Assembly (NCBI GenBank): GCA_020429915.1 | Contig: JAGQKV010000012.1 | Location: 65,737-129,736 of the forward strand | Length of the DNA stretch: 64,000 nucleotides | Reading direction: 5' to 3' | Source of the DNA: Candidatus Omnitrophota bacterium | GTDB lineage: Bacteria; Omnitrophota; Gorgyraeia; Zapsychrales; Zapsychraceae | Shown here: in pieces, positions 47,601 through 56,184 of the stretch | Numbering within the stretch: position 1 is the stretch's first letter | How the letters are laid out: the number at the start of each line of letters is the position of its first letter | Translations under genes and position numbers: made by a program | The notes under the pieces: generated by a model | The model's input: the letters and a program-made list of their open reading frames with translations, nothing else | The model's database searches: none | What the model was told of the DNA's origin: nothing

Positions 47601-49783
47601 GTCTGAATCCCCCGGTCCTGGCGGAGTTCGCGATAGTAGTCGCCGCGCGACCGTCGCGCGATTTCCTTCCACTCAGGAGCATGATCTTCTCCGAGATATT
47701 TCTGAGTACGCGGGCCGTTGTGAACGTCGACCTTATCGCGCATGATTTGAAGGATTTGAACCACTTGTTTGAGCAGCTGCGGATTGTTACGGACAAACGG
47801 ACTCGCTTCCCGCAAGCGGTCGGCGAGAATTTCGTCCAGCAGACTTCCGGAGCGCATCATTTCCCATGCCATGTTCAGCGAGTTATCGTACGTGCCGCGG
47901 AAGATCCCCAACAGGTCGACGGTCAGGACAGCCGCCTCACCGTCACGCCCCAACCCCAAAGTAAAAGGCGCTACCGTATTGACGGCCAACCGGATATCGG
48001 TCTGCCCCCAGCCACTGACGTCATCACCGTTGGAATCCAGGAAACTTTTCAGCGAGTCGAGCGCATGCCGGACCAGGGCCGCATACACTTCATCGTCGAG
48101 TTCGCGCAGCTGTCCCAGAATCTCGGTCAACAACTCACGGCGGCGGTTACCGTCGCGGGGGATGCTTTGCAACCGTCCGGCGAGCGCCTCAAACACGCGG
48201 CGCTGTTTGTAGCCGTATTTGTCGGTCCTGATCCGATAACCGGCCAGCGTATCCAGCAACGGTTTCAAGGCGGCCAGCTTCTCGGAACTGCGACCCGCCT
48301 CGCCCAGTTCTTCCAGCGATCGGCGCAGGGCCTGCGCAGACGCCCGCAGCCCCTCTTCACCGCCCGGCACGTTTAATTCACGTTCGGGAAATCCGATCCC
48401 AAAGACATAACCGCGGTCGTCATCTACCTCAATTTCAGTGCGTTCTTCCGAACCTTCCACCGCCACGGTCGCCTTACGAAACTGGCGATACCGGATACCG
48501 TCCATCACCACTTCATAACTGCCGAAATGGTACGTATCGTAAAAAGGCAGGACCGCACGGTCGCTCAGACGACCGACTCTGTCAAAGGCGATATCCTCTG
48601 CGCCGGCCGTCCCCCGCCCGCGCAGACCGGTGTTGACCGACAGAATCTTTCCCTGGGGCACGATCTGAGCTGCCACGCTCCCGGGTTCGATTTCCCTGAT
48701 TTGCTGCGGGAGTTTGGAATGGTTCACGCCTCCGGAGAAGTACTTCTTGGGGATAATCTCATCGAGCTGTGGATCGTATTCCTCCTTGATATAGCTGTAC
48801 ACCCCTTCTTTAAAGGCCGTCACGTATTGTTCGTAAATCTTCCGGTTAATCTCGCGGTCCGCTACGTCCACTCCGTCGACACGGTTCTTGTCGACATAGA
48901 CCCGGCTCAGGAAGCTCTCGCGCAGGTTCTTCTTGTACCACGTGGCCAGGATCATGGAATGGTAAATCTGCCGCAAGTTGGAGAATGTCCGGCCGTTGTT
49001 GACCTCGCGTTCGATCTCGGGAATAAGGATCTCCCGGACGATTTGGGAGGACACCTCGGACAAGACATTGGTGTCGCCTGGTTTTTCGGCGGAATGATGT
49101 TCCAGGGCGAGGTAATCCTCCTCCAACATGACTTTCAGCCGGCTGTTGACGACATACACCGTCTGTCCCTGCACGACCACATCGGCCGTCTCCGGAACGA
49201 TCCAGATCTTATTATAGGTGTTGACCGGGACGTCGGTGGTCCCGAACTCAGTCTGGGCCCGTTGATAAACACGGTCCCAAAACTTCTTTCCCAACTCATC
49301 TTCGGGATAGATCATGGAAGCCGTCAGCTGTTTGAGCAGATAGTCCTGCGCCAACAGATCACGCCCCATTTCCGTCCGGCCGAATTCATCCGGAATGATC
49401 CGGTCCCGCTCGAACGGCGACAGGTTGACCCACATCTTGTCTTCCGAGACCGTCAACGCAGCCAGGAAATACTTAATGAGGCGGGTTGACTCGCGCTGCA
49501 AGTCGACTCCGTCCAAATCCTGTTCACCGGTATCGATCAGAAAGTCAAACTGAAGAGGATTGTCCGCATCAATGGTCACCCCGCGTATGATGGCGGGATG
49601 AAAGTCGGGGGTGACATACAACATCGTACCCGGCTCGGGCAAATCAAGGACAGTCGCGGGCTGTGCCGCAAAGGAAGACCCCGGGACCAGTCCGGTATTG
49701 ACAGCCAAAACGCAGGCCATAAATGCCCGGAGGAAACGGCTCCAGACGGTCATGTTCGCATTGTTTCTATGCATAGTTGTCAT
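44630..49783 (-). CDS. Giant multidomain protein of unknown function (about 1700 aa) with a signal peptide, one late TM helix and a LysM-like C-terminal region
   Basis: Continuous 1730-codon ORF. A probable Met start at 49783 or 49753 precedes the SP-like RAFMACVLAVNTGLVPGSSFAAQPA. An E/R-rich low-complexity block lies in the middle. A TM helix appears at about aa 1370 (TLIITLVAALLITPYIY). The C-terminal region is LysM-like (YSVQPGDRLELIAQRFYG). Confidence 0.75.
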   Translation of the reverse strand: MTTMHRNNANMTVWSRFLRAFMACVLAVNTGLVPGSSFAAQPATVLDLPEPGTMLYVTPDFHPAIIRGVTIDADNPLQFDFLIDTGEQDLDGVDLQRESTRLIKYFLAALTVSEDKMWVNLSPFERDRIIPDEFGRTEMGRDLLAQDYLLKQLTASMIYPEDELGKKFWDRVYQRAQTEFGTTDVPVNTYNKIWIVPETADVVVQGQTVYVVNSRLKVMLEEDYLALEHHSAEKPGDTNVLSEVSSQIVREILIPEIEREVNNGRTFSNLRQIYHSMILATWYKKNLRESFLSRVYVDKNRVDGVDVADREINRKIYEQYVTAFKEGVYSYIKEEYDPQLDEIIPKKYFSGGVNHSKLPQQIREIEPGSVAAQIVPQGKILSVNTGLRGRGTAGAEDIAFDRVGRLSDRAVLPFYDTYHFGSYEVVMDGIRYRQFRKATVAVEGSEERTEIEVDDDRGYVFGIGFPERELNVPGGEEGLRASAQALRRSLEELGEAGRSSEKLAALKPLLDTLAGYRIRTDKYGYKQRRVFEALAGRLQSIPRDGNRRRELLTEILGQLRELDDEVYAALVRHALDSLKSFLDSNGDDVSGWGQTDIRLAVNTVAPFTLGLGRDGEAAVLTVDLLGIFRGTYDNSLNMAWEMMRSGSLLDEILADRLREASPFVRNNPQLLKQVVQILQIMRDKVDVHNGPRTQKYLGEDHAPEWKEIARRSRGDYYRELRQDRGIQTLAGLIRQLERLADIEEPGKRSLRFEANLPQRVTAILEFIYGRPQLREQAEFAGTYTPETVDEIVALFDAISPELGVKLQAAETEEIDWSQYIVQVPESDRRTTGGTSTRTEREEEEARAARERERTKEQIMVHARELLGERESTKRTFGVGDSSSAYSQGEDAASGERDISFGFERESTRRDDRREPEQAIFVPLEVTSRQYLDRMQPAVEAMAETKDPSLRTMIFFSEVLPQLLMASAHEVATTDMLRLTRRGAGLLDSSVEKIFSRLLQRSFSPSLIGKGLRGYSANVRRNRALIEDLARDLRNNPFLKEQMVYVQLEVLERTQNFSDGSQQNVSILSSQAFRIDAIEIDTDGPRNRRGALPEIYYLGQRIDRVDEDIAALGFTWNGDTFGVVLKDIIDGETYSDVLPHLFERPFRTYGGRGIHRLSELIRRGVQRDYPRFPGADQIEAILRSRHASTGIHERQHTRDELNGVQNRYYGAGRRIAQETTAYLSSIAYGDAPYTDLVKVIELHISLNSGLAALFAGQNAVIYGQATGNILNLFAQRLGVDDFDLNNRLLDSNADLMDAALALSAAELKAMAADILDEVLALQKRGKPYAPVFAAQSGASEAAAVELAATEAGVTRAGFSDVTEATLIITLVAALLITPYIYSRHNPGGDLDGAENDSEPLVTEQGPVPPLNALPRYLDEPSILIPPDVFRDLVPLIEPLMDYSARPDVHITGVSDVEGFITRRGAAMGTLSGIAKLYFDNYFAYPEIHSANASELDLDPLPDPADYNAVRGFYYLPQNVSLIVPGGLEVAYSVQPGDRLELIAQRFYGIQADGSPTPLAEWDGIFNRPLYQRIMDRNGIRRPEDLQANTTIIIPTNQLEYARNILGVRPDAQETAVQQGEQSTDRAVLSRPVGGIDLNAGNMELHSSGDVIQMNVPAELQELQTVPVNGFVPVIINISPVLNLPLILGGGINGDSLAGGPEPEVVPAESADQISWLTE

Positions 49784-50023
49784 CAGGACGTCTTGATTGG
49801 GGCTATATAGTTTAGCACACAACGGTTTGGGTCACCAGCGCCGCCTGCGGGCGCGCGACATCCTGTAAATATATGCTATGGATAACTTTATGCATCAATC
49901 ATAAAGATAGTTGAGTATGAACTGATGACGACCGACGATCCGCGCCGCCGCATCGCTATATATAATATCGAATTAATATTAATAAAAATAAGCTTCCGCG
50001 GCAAATATGTGCGGCTTAATAAA

Positions 50024-50052
50024 TTGACAAGCCAGCACCTGAGTGATATATT
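50024..50052 (+). promoter_or_regulatory. Consensus sigma70 promoter (TTGACA-17-TATATT) driving the tRNA pair
   Basis: TTGACAagccagcacctgagtgaTATATT. The -10 ends 26 nt upstream of tRNA-Ala. An AT-rich UP-like tract precedes the -35. Confidence 0.7.
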
Positions 50053-50077
50053 GGGTGATATTTTGCAGCGAAATGAC

Positions 50078-50150
<73 letters not shown>

Positions 50151-50256
50151 TATCTTTTTGGCGTACCGGCCGCTGACGAGCGCTCTGCGAGGACCTGGAT
50201 GACTTCGATGATTGCTCCCACAGCATTTTCGTATTCGGCCGTAACCGCCTCCTTTT

Positions 50257-50340
50257 GCTGGAGTGGTGAAATTGGTAGACGCACTGGATTCAAAATCCAG
50301 CGGGGGCGACCCCATGAGAGTTCGAGTCTCTCCTCCAGCA
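50257..50340 (+). tRNA. tRNA-Leu (anticodon CAA)
   Basis: 84 nt. Acceptor stem GCTGGAG/CTCCAGC with discriminator A. Anticodon loop TTCAAAA. Long variable arm. T-loop TTCGAGT. Confidence 0.9.
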
Positions 50341-50422
50341 TTACTCCCCCTTTCCTTTAATACCGCACGGCCATTGACCCTCCGGACATCTTAAGATACA
50401 CTTGAGAAAAAGGAGACCGCCC

Positions 50423-50956
50423 ATGAAAAATGTGATCCCGCTCCTCGTAGTGCTGTTCGTAGCCGCCACCGGCATCAACGCCGACGCTGAAACCAAGACC
50501 AAGCTGATCCACCTGCGTGACGGATCTTCACTGACCGGTAATGTGCTCTCCCTCAACCGGGGCGAGTACACCATCCAAACCAAGAATCTCGGTGTCATGA
50601 AAGTCCGCCAGGACGATATTGTCAGCATCTCGAACCCCGGCTTTGCGCCGCAAGAAGCCCAGGCAGCGGAACCGCTGATGCCCGGCCAGATGGCACCGCA
50701 TCTGACCAAATCCAACCTGGGACACCAAGTGCAGACACTGCAAAGCAGCATCATGGGCGATCCGGAACTGGTCGAGGACATTCAGGTGTTGATGAGCGAT
50801 CCGGAGATCGTCAAGATCATCCAGGACGAAACGTTTATGCAGAAAATCATGACGCTTGATATGGATTCTATCGAGAACGATCCGCGATACCGGGACCTCA
50901 TGTACAATCCCCGCATGCGGCGCTTCATTCAGAAACTCCAGGCGCGCGATCAATAG
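50423..50956 (+). CDS. Secreted hypothetical protein
   Basis: MKNVIPLLVVLFVAATGINA signal peptide. AGGAG RBS. The track start at 50402 lies upstream of the RBS. Confidence 0.6.
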   Translation: MKNVIPLLVVLFVAATGINADAETKTKLIHLRDGSSLTGNVLSLNRGEYTIQTKNLGVMKVRQDDIVSISNPGFAPQEAQAAEPLMPGQMAPHLTKSNLGHQVQTLQSSIMGDPELVEDIQVLMSDPEIVKIIQDETFMQKIMTLDMDSIENDPRYRDLMYNPRMRRFIQKLQARDQ

Positions 50957-50972
50957 CCGTCGTTATGTCGGA

Positions 50973-52814
50973 TTAGTACGGGACACGCAGGTTCCACAGC
51001 TGCGGATTGCGTGGCAGCGTCGGCCGCTCCGCCGAATTGATCAGCGCGTCGTCGGGAAGGTCATTGAGGGGGACAGGCCGGCGGCTCGTCAAACCGAAAC
51101 GTTTGGCATTTAATATCAGATGCCGCGCCCCGAAAGTCTTGTATTCCTTATTCAAAGCCCCCGCCTCTTTTCGAATCATCACAAAGCTGTGCCGGTAGTC
51201 GCTGACAAAGTCCTGAATGAACTTGTCGGTAATCGCCTTGCGGCCGGCCAGAACCTCGACCTTGTCGCTGTTCTCCTGCCTCACCCTGAGTTGGCTTTTC
51301 TCGTTAAACATGGGCGACAAGAGCTTCAGAGCCTCCGGGTTGTCATTCTCCAGGGTAGAGAAATACGGAGTAATCTCCGCAAAACCGGCGGCACGCAGCG
51401 TCGAGAAGTATACTTCCCAATATTGCCGGTCATGCAGATCAACGATCTCTGAAGCATCGAATACACCAAACCCGCCCTCCGCCAATGACGTCAGGACGAA
51501 GTGAAAGAATTCGCGGCTGTAGAGTTTGCTGAGATCGTAATCCTTGACCCGGGGAAAGTCCATGTAAATAGCGTCATACAGCGTGTCGTTGTGACGCAGG
51601 TAGTGGTAAGCATCGGCGGCGATCGTTTTGACCCGCGGATCGGCGAGAGCGCCGCGATTGGCGTAACGCAGCACCGGGTCCTCTGACGCGACTTTGAGTA
51701 TCTGCCGGTCGATATCGACAAGGGTGACTTCTTTGACGTCGGGGTATTTTAAAATCTCGCGCAACAACAATCCGTCGCCGCCGCCGAGAATCAGCACCCG
51801 CCGGGGGACCCGGTTATTGTATATGACAGGGACATGCGCGAAATACTCGTGGTTGATATTCTCGGTATCGAGTCGGAACTGGAAAAAACCGTCCATAAAC
51901 AGCACGACCCCTTTAGGGAACTCCGGGTCCTTGTCGAATTTGCCGCTGTAAATCGCCCACAGGTCGTCGAAGACATCCTCCTCGGGCGGATAATACACCA
52001 GATCAATTTTTTGATAAGGTGAACTCAACCGGGTCACCGTGGGCCATTCTTTCATCGGCCGGAAGAGGTCCCGGATGCTTTCGGCGCTTTGGGCGTAGTA
52101 GTAATACTTCTGGAGAAAATATTGATTCAGACTCTTGGCCTGCCACAAACCGGCGCTCATGAGCAGCAGCACGACACTCACGGCACCGCGCCGCAGCCAG
52201 CCGCGCGGCAGATCGAGTTGGAGGTAAAGCGCGGCCAGAATATTGATTAATCCGACGATAAAGGCGATGGTGAGCAATTCAAATCGCGCCAACAAAACCA
52301 GCGGAAACAGGACTGCGCCGCACAGGGAGCCGAAATAATCGATACTCAGAATACGGTTGGTGATCCCGGGGCCCTTATCGTTAGTGGCCTGACCGATCCC
52401 AATCAAAAGCGGCAACTCGCACCCGGTCAAGAACCCGATCTTTACAACCGCGCCGAGGACCACCAGATAGAAGATCCACGCCATATCGAAAAAGTTGTTA
52501 TTGACCCAGATATACCGGACCACCATATGGGCCACGTGGATAACCGCCAGCGACAACCCGCCGATCAGACTCAACAGGATTTCCACGCGCACCAGGGCGG
52601 CGCGGCAGTCCTCGTCGCCGAACCAGTGCCGGTAATTTAGCGCGCCGAGCCCCATCGATCCGAGAAAGGCCCCCAGCCCCAGACTGTACCAGACCACCGT
52701 ATTGGCGGCATAGAACGATACGGTCTGCGCCAGCAACAATTCATATACAATGCTGCACGCCGCCAGCAGGAAGGTAATCGCGTAGAGTGACTTATTGCCG
52801 CCACGGAACTTCAT
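50973..52814 (-). CDS. speE: Membrane-embedded polyamine aminopropyltransferase (spermidine synthase-like): N-terminal multi-TM domain plus SpeE catalytic domain and a C-terminal extension
   Basis: About 7 TM helices over aa 1-220. Then the spermidine-synthase motif VLILGGGDGLLLREILKYPDVKEVTLVDID and D...DFP. Total 613 aa. Confidence 0.8.
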   Translation of the reverse strand: MKFRGGNKSLYAITFLLAACSIVYELLLAQTVSFYAANTVVWYSLGLGAFLGSMGLGALNYRHWFGDEDCRAALVRVEILLSLIGGLSLAVIHVAHMVVRYIWVNNNFFDMAWIFYLVVLGAVVKIGFLTGCELPLLIGIGQATNDKGPGITNRILSIDYFGSLCGAVLFPLVLLARFELLTIAFIVGLINILAALYLQLDLPRGWLRRGAVSVVLLLMSAGLWQAKSLNQYFLQKYYYYAQSAESIRDLFRPMKEWPTVTRLSSPYQKIDLVYYPPEEDVFDDLWAIYSGKFDKDPEFPKGVVLFMDGFFQFRLDTENINHEYFAHVPVIYNNRVPRRVLILGGGDGLLLREILKYPDVKEVTLVDIDRQILKVASEDPVLRYANRGALADPRVKTIAADAYHYLRHNDTLYDAIYMDFPRVKDYDLSKLYSREFFHFVLTSLAEGGFGVFDASEIVDLHDRQYWEVYFSTLRAAGFAEITPYFSTLENDNPEALKLLSPMFNEKSQLRVRQENSDKVEVLAGRKAITDKFIQDFVSDYRHSFVMIRKEAGALNKEYKTFGARHLILNAKRFGLTSRRPVPLNDLPDDALINSAERPTLPRNPQLWNLRVPY

Positions 52815-52817
52815 AGG

Positions 52818-53171
52818 CTAATATCCGCGCTCCAGTATCCGCTGTTTCATATCCCTGGCCCCGAACTCGCGCCGGACGTGTTCCACCGCCTGTTCCGGAA
52901 GCATCTCCCCGCAGGTGAGGATATCAAAGGCTACAAACTCATCCTCCGGCCACGTGTGAACGGAAAAATGCGATTCGGCGATCAGGATCACGCCGGTCAC
53001 GCCGTGCGGTTCGTATTGCTTGAAAAAATGTTCCACCACGGTCGCACGGCTGACTTCTGCCGCCTGCAACAGCACGGGCTTGACCTGCTCCACCCGGCTG
53101 ATTTTCTCCGCCGGGCAGCCGATCAATTCAATGAGGAAATGGCGACCGAATGAATGTTTCAATTTATCCAC
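52818..53171 (-). CDS. speH: S-adenosylmethionine decarboxylase proenzyme, small class 1A, pyruvoyl-dependent
   Basis: AESHFSVHTWPE self-cleavage/pyruvoyl site. 117 aa. Confidence 0.85.
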   Translation of the reverse strand: MDKLKHSFGRHFLIELIGCPAEKISRVEQVKPVLLQAAEVSRATVVEHFFKQYEPHGVTGVILIAESHFSVHTWPEDEFVAFDILTCGEMLPEQAVEHVRREFGARDMKQRILERGY

Positions 53172-53174
53172 GGA

Positions 53175-53876
53175 CTAAACTCCTTTATTGAGGTACAGAT
53201 CCACGCAAAACTCCTTGATTCCCGGCGTAAATATCAAACCGATCGCCATAACGATAAAAAGGGCGACTTGAAAATACAGTAACGGATAAAAACGCCTCGC
53301 CTCTTCCCTGTCCGGTTCCGTATCGAGATAGTTGGTCAGCAAGCCGGCGCAACTGTTCAATAACCCGGTTATAAACGCGGCCATCACCAAGCCGGTGACC
53401 GGATAGTAGATAAACGCGAACACCATTGTTCCGATGACCGCGCCGAAATAGCTGAAGCCGAGCACCTTGCTTTCCGCGTGCGGGACCTCGTCCTTCATCA
53501 GTTCCATCAGGATCGGCAGTTCCTTACCGGTGAGATATCCGACAAGCAGAATCAACCCGTGAGACAACACGGCAAACAACGGTCCGGAACCGAACAGACG
53601 GTCCAATCCGTACAGCCACAGCATCAGAAAACCGCCCGCGAAGGTCAGCCATATCTCGGTCCTGAGAAGCTGGCACCGCGGGTTTCGCAAGCCGCTTTCC
53701 ACGGACCGCGCGCCCAAACCCATGGCAAAAAGGTACAGACCGATCGTCACGCTGTAGCGCAGGACGGTATTACGCAAAAACAGACAGAGCGACTGCGCCA
53801 GCAACAACTCATAGCAGATGCTGCACAGGGAAACGACAACAGTAATGAAAAGTAAGAGTGTCTTGCGATCAGGCAT
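53175..53876 (-). CDS. Transmembrane-only paralog of the spermidine-synthase N-terminal membrane domain
   Basis: 233 aa and all TM. The N-terminus LLLFITVVVSLCSICYELLLAQSLCLF aligns with LYAITFLLAACSIVYELLLAQTVSFY of the 613-aa SpeE-like protein. No catalytic domain. Confidence 0.65.
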   Translation of the reverse strand: MPDRKTLLLFITVVVSLCSICYELLLAQSLCLFLRNTVLRYSVTIGLYLFAMGLGARSVESGLRNPRCQLLRTEIWLTFAGGFLMLWLYGLDRLFGSGPLFAVLSHGLILLVGYLTGKELPILMELMKDEVPHAESKVLGFSYFGAVIGTMVFAFIYYPVTGLVMAAFITGLLNSCAGLLTNYLDTEPDREEARRFYPLLYFQVALFIVMAIGLIFTPGIKEFCVDLYLNKGV

Positions 53877-54924
53877 AATCGACTTTCCTGCGGCGATCGA
53901 TAATATAAGCGATCAGATAACCAATGATTAATGTGCCGGCGACCAGACCGAGGTAAGCGGCCAGCGCCTGCGGAAAGGTCATGCGAAAATGAAAAAGGAC
54001 ATAATGGGTGGCGTGATACCCCGCGATCGTATTCAGCAGGAATAACCACAAAATAGCCCGCCCCATCTTGACCATGAACGACCGTTCACACAACCGCCGC
54101 CACTGCTCGCTCCGGCGAAACAGCGTTTCCAGCCCCCAAATCCAAACCATGCTCGTCCCGGTAATGCCCAGGATATAGAACGGCGACGCCTTAAACATAT
54201 CCCCTCCCCACAGCGCCGTGGTCACTACCGGATGATAGTCGCCGGTCGCCAGGGACACGGCGACCAGCGCCAGCCCCGCCGGCAGCAACGCGCCGAACAG
54301 CCTTCCGTTACCCGTCTCCAAGACATAACCGATGAGCAGTCCGGCGGTAAAAACGAACAACCACGGACACAACGGCCAAAAGTGTTCCCCCGTCTGGGAG
54401 CCGATGACAATCGCATACCAGTACTGGTCGGACAACTCTTGCCACGGAAACCGGTCGGACAGCGCCAGAGCCGCGCACCCCATGCCGAACGCCATTCCCA
54501 CACCGACCGCCCGCGGCAGCCAGCGGATGAGCGGAAACGTCATCATCATCGCCAGGGCGATAAACTGCAGGACATCCCATTCGTCGATGCCGTATATCCC
54601 CCAGCACATGTAGTTGATCAAAAATCCCAGCGACAACAACCCCAGCGCCCGCTTGGCGACAAATCCGAAACCGCTATTTTTGCGGACGGTAGCGATGTAA
54701 AACGTCACCCCCGCCAGCAACGGCACTTCGAACCCGAACACATGCAGACTGAAATAACCGAAGCAGGGAAACGGCCCGGCCATCTCGGGCCAACGCATTT
54801 CAAACCGGGTGAGATCAAGCCACATCCACACCCATTCATGCAGACCGATCAGATAGATGATGCCCAATCCCTTGAGAAATTCAATGCTGGTATAGCGACG
54901 ACTACTCATAACGCGGCAAAACAT
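53869..54924 (-). CDS. Acyltransferase-3 (AT3, OatA N-terminal-like) family integral membrane protein
   Basis: About 10 TM helices. N-terminal AT3 signature R..(I)EFLKGLGIIYLIGLH corresponds to the family pattern R..LDGLRG.A...V..H. Confidence 0.6.
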   Translation of the reverse strand: MFCRVMSSRRYTSIEFLKGLGIIYLIGLHEWVWMWLDLTRFEMRWPEMAGPFPCFGYFSLHVFGFEVPLLAGVTFYIATVRKNSGFGFVAKRALGLLSLGFLINYMCWGIYGIDEWDVLQFIALAMMMTFPLIRWLPRAVGVGMAFGMGCAALALSDRFPWQELSDQYWYAIVIGSQTGEHFWPLCPWLFVFTAGLLIGYVLETGNGRLFGALLPAGLALVAVSLATGDYHPVVTTALWGGDMFKASPFYILGITGTSMVWIWGLETLFRRSEQWRRLCERSFMVKMGRAILWLFLLNTIAGYHATHYVLFHFRMTFPQALAAYLGLVAGTLIIGYLIAYIIDRRRKVDYA

Positions 54925-56128
54925 CCTCGGTTAAGTAGCGCGCGATATGCCCGGCCATCAGCGCGTGCATGCGGCCGGAGTTGTGGCCGTCATCGGTGTA
55001 GTAGACCGGATCGCGGACATTGATTCTGTCATTATAAATCAAGTCGTTCAGATCCAGGACATGATATTGCTGTTTTTCCCAATGTTGCGCGAAGCGCAGA
55101 TACTGTTTCGGCTGCCCGGCCGCCTTCCGGACGAGGTCCTTGCCGGTGGGCAGAATCAGGATGACGGGGATAGCGCCTTCTGCACGGACCGCGCCGACGA
55201 ACCGGTCGATCACGACCGTGGCCACGCGGTAACCCTCGGAGTCGATATTAAAAATATTGTCTTTGAGGAACAACATATCCGGGTGCTGAGCCCCCGAGAG
55301 CTGATAACCGACCAACTTCAGATAGCGCACCATTGCCAGGTGATCCCATCCGCCGCTGCGGTACAACTGGTGATAATAGAAGTCATGTTCGCCGAGCCGG
55401 CGGATCGTGGCCGCGGGCTTATTCAACAGTAAGCGGTAATCCTCAAGCTGCTGAAAGGGGTTCTGCACCTCGGTGAGCTGTCCGTCCTGTTCCAAAAACC
55501 TCGGTTTGGTCAGCGGGAATTCTGTTTGGGGGGAATAAAACGGCCGGAAGACATTCAGATTGCGAAAGACATTCTCGCTGTTAAAGCCGAAGATGACGAT
55601 TCGCGGGTGATAGTCCCGCCCCTCATACCGGTAACGCCAATAGGCCTGATCCTGCGCGTACCCGCTGACCCCGAAATTAAGGACCTCCCACTCCGGACGC
55701 AGCCCTTCGAGTTGCGCCTGCCAGGTATCGGGATACGTTACCCCGTGCCCGAACGTAAAGGAATCACCGAAGGTGGCTACACGCAACCGGTCCGCAGCCG
55801 GCCGCGCATCAACGACCGCCGCAGCCGCCCTGAAGCCCTGCGTATTGCACCGGAAGCCGGTCTTGGTCGTCGCCGGGTTGGGCACCCAGCCCAACCGCGC
55901 GTGATAACGGATGTGACCTTCTTCGCCGGCGAGCATGCGGCGGATAATGTCCCGCTGGCCGTCGCTCAAGCGAGCTTCCGGCAATGGAGAATATTCGATC
56001 CCTTTCCACTTCTTTAATAATGACAGCGCTCCGGCGGCGGTCAGTTCGGCCACCAGAAATAATCCGAGAATCAGCAGGATAGAAAACAGGAAGTGGTTGA
56101 AACGGCGTTTTGCGGCTGGTTGTTGCAT
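54902..56128 (-). CDS. Membrane-anchored SGNH/GDSL hydrolase-family protein
   Basis: N-terminal TM anchor and block-I motif ATFGDSFTFGHG. Overlaps the AT3 gene by 23 nt. Confidence 0.7.
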   Translation of the reverse strand: MQQPAAKRRFNHFLFSILLILGLFLVAELTAAGALSLLKKWKGIEYSPLPEARLSDGQRDIIRRMLAGEEGHIRYHARLGWVPNPATTKTGFRCNTQGFRAAAAVVDARPAADRLRVATFGDSFTFGHGVTYPDTWQAQLEGLRPEWEVLNFGVSGYAQDQAYWRYRYEGRDYHPRIVIFGFNSENVFRNLNVFRPFYSPQTEFPLTKPRFLEQDGQLTEVQNPFQQLEDYRLLLNKPAATIRRLGEHDFYYHQLYRSGGWDHLAMVRYLKLVGYQLSGAQHPDMLFLKDNIFNIDSEGYRVATVVIDRFVGAVRAEGAIPVILILPTGKDLVRKAAGQPKQYLRFAQHWEKQQYHVLDLNDLIYNDRINVRDPVYYTDDGHNSGRMHALMAGHIARYLTEDVLPRYE

Positions 56129-56184
56129 ACAAACATATCATCGCGGGACGGCGTCCCTGCGGCCAATAAGCGGTTGTCACCGGC

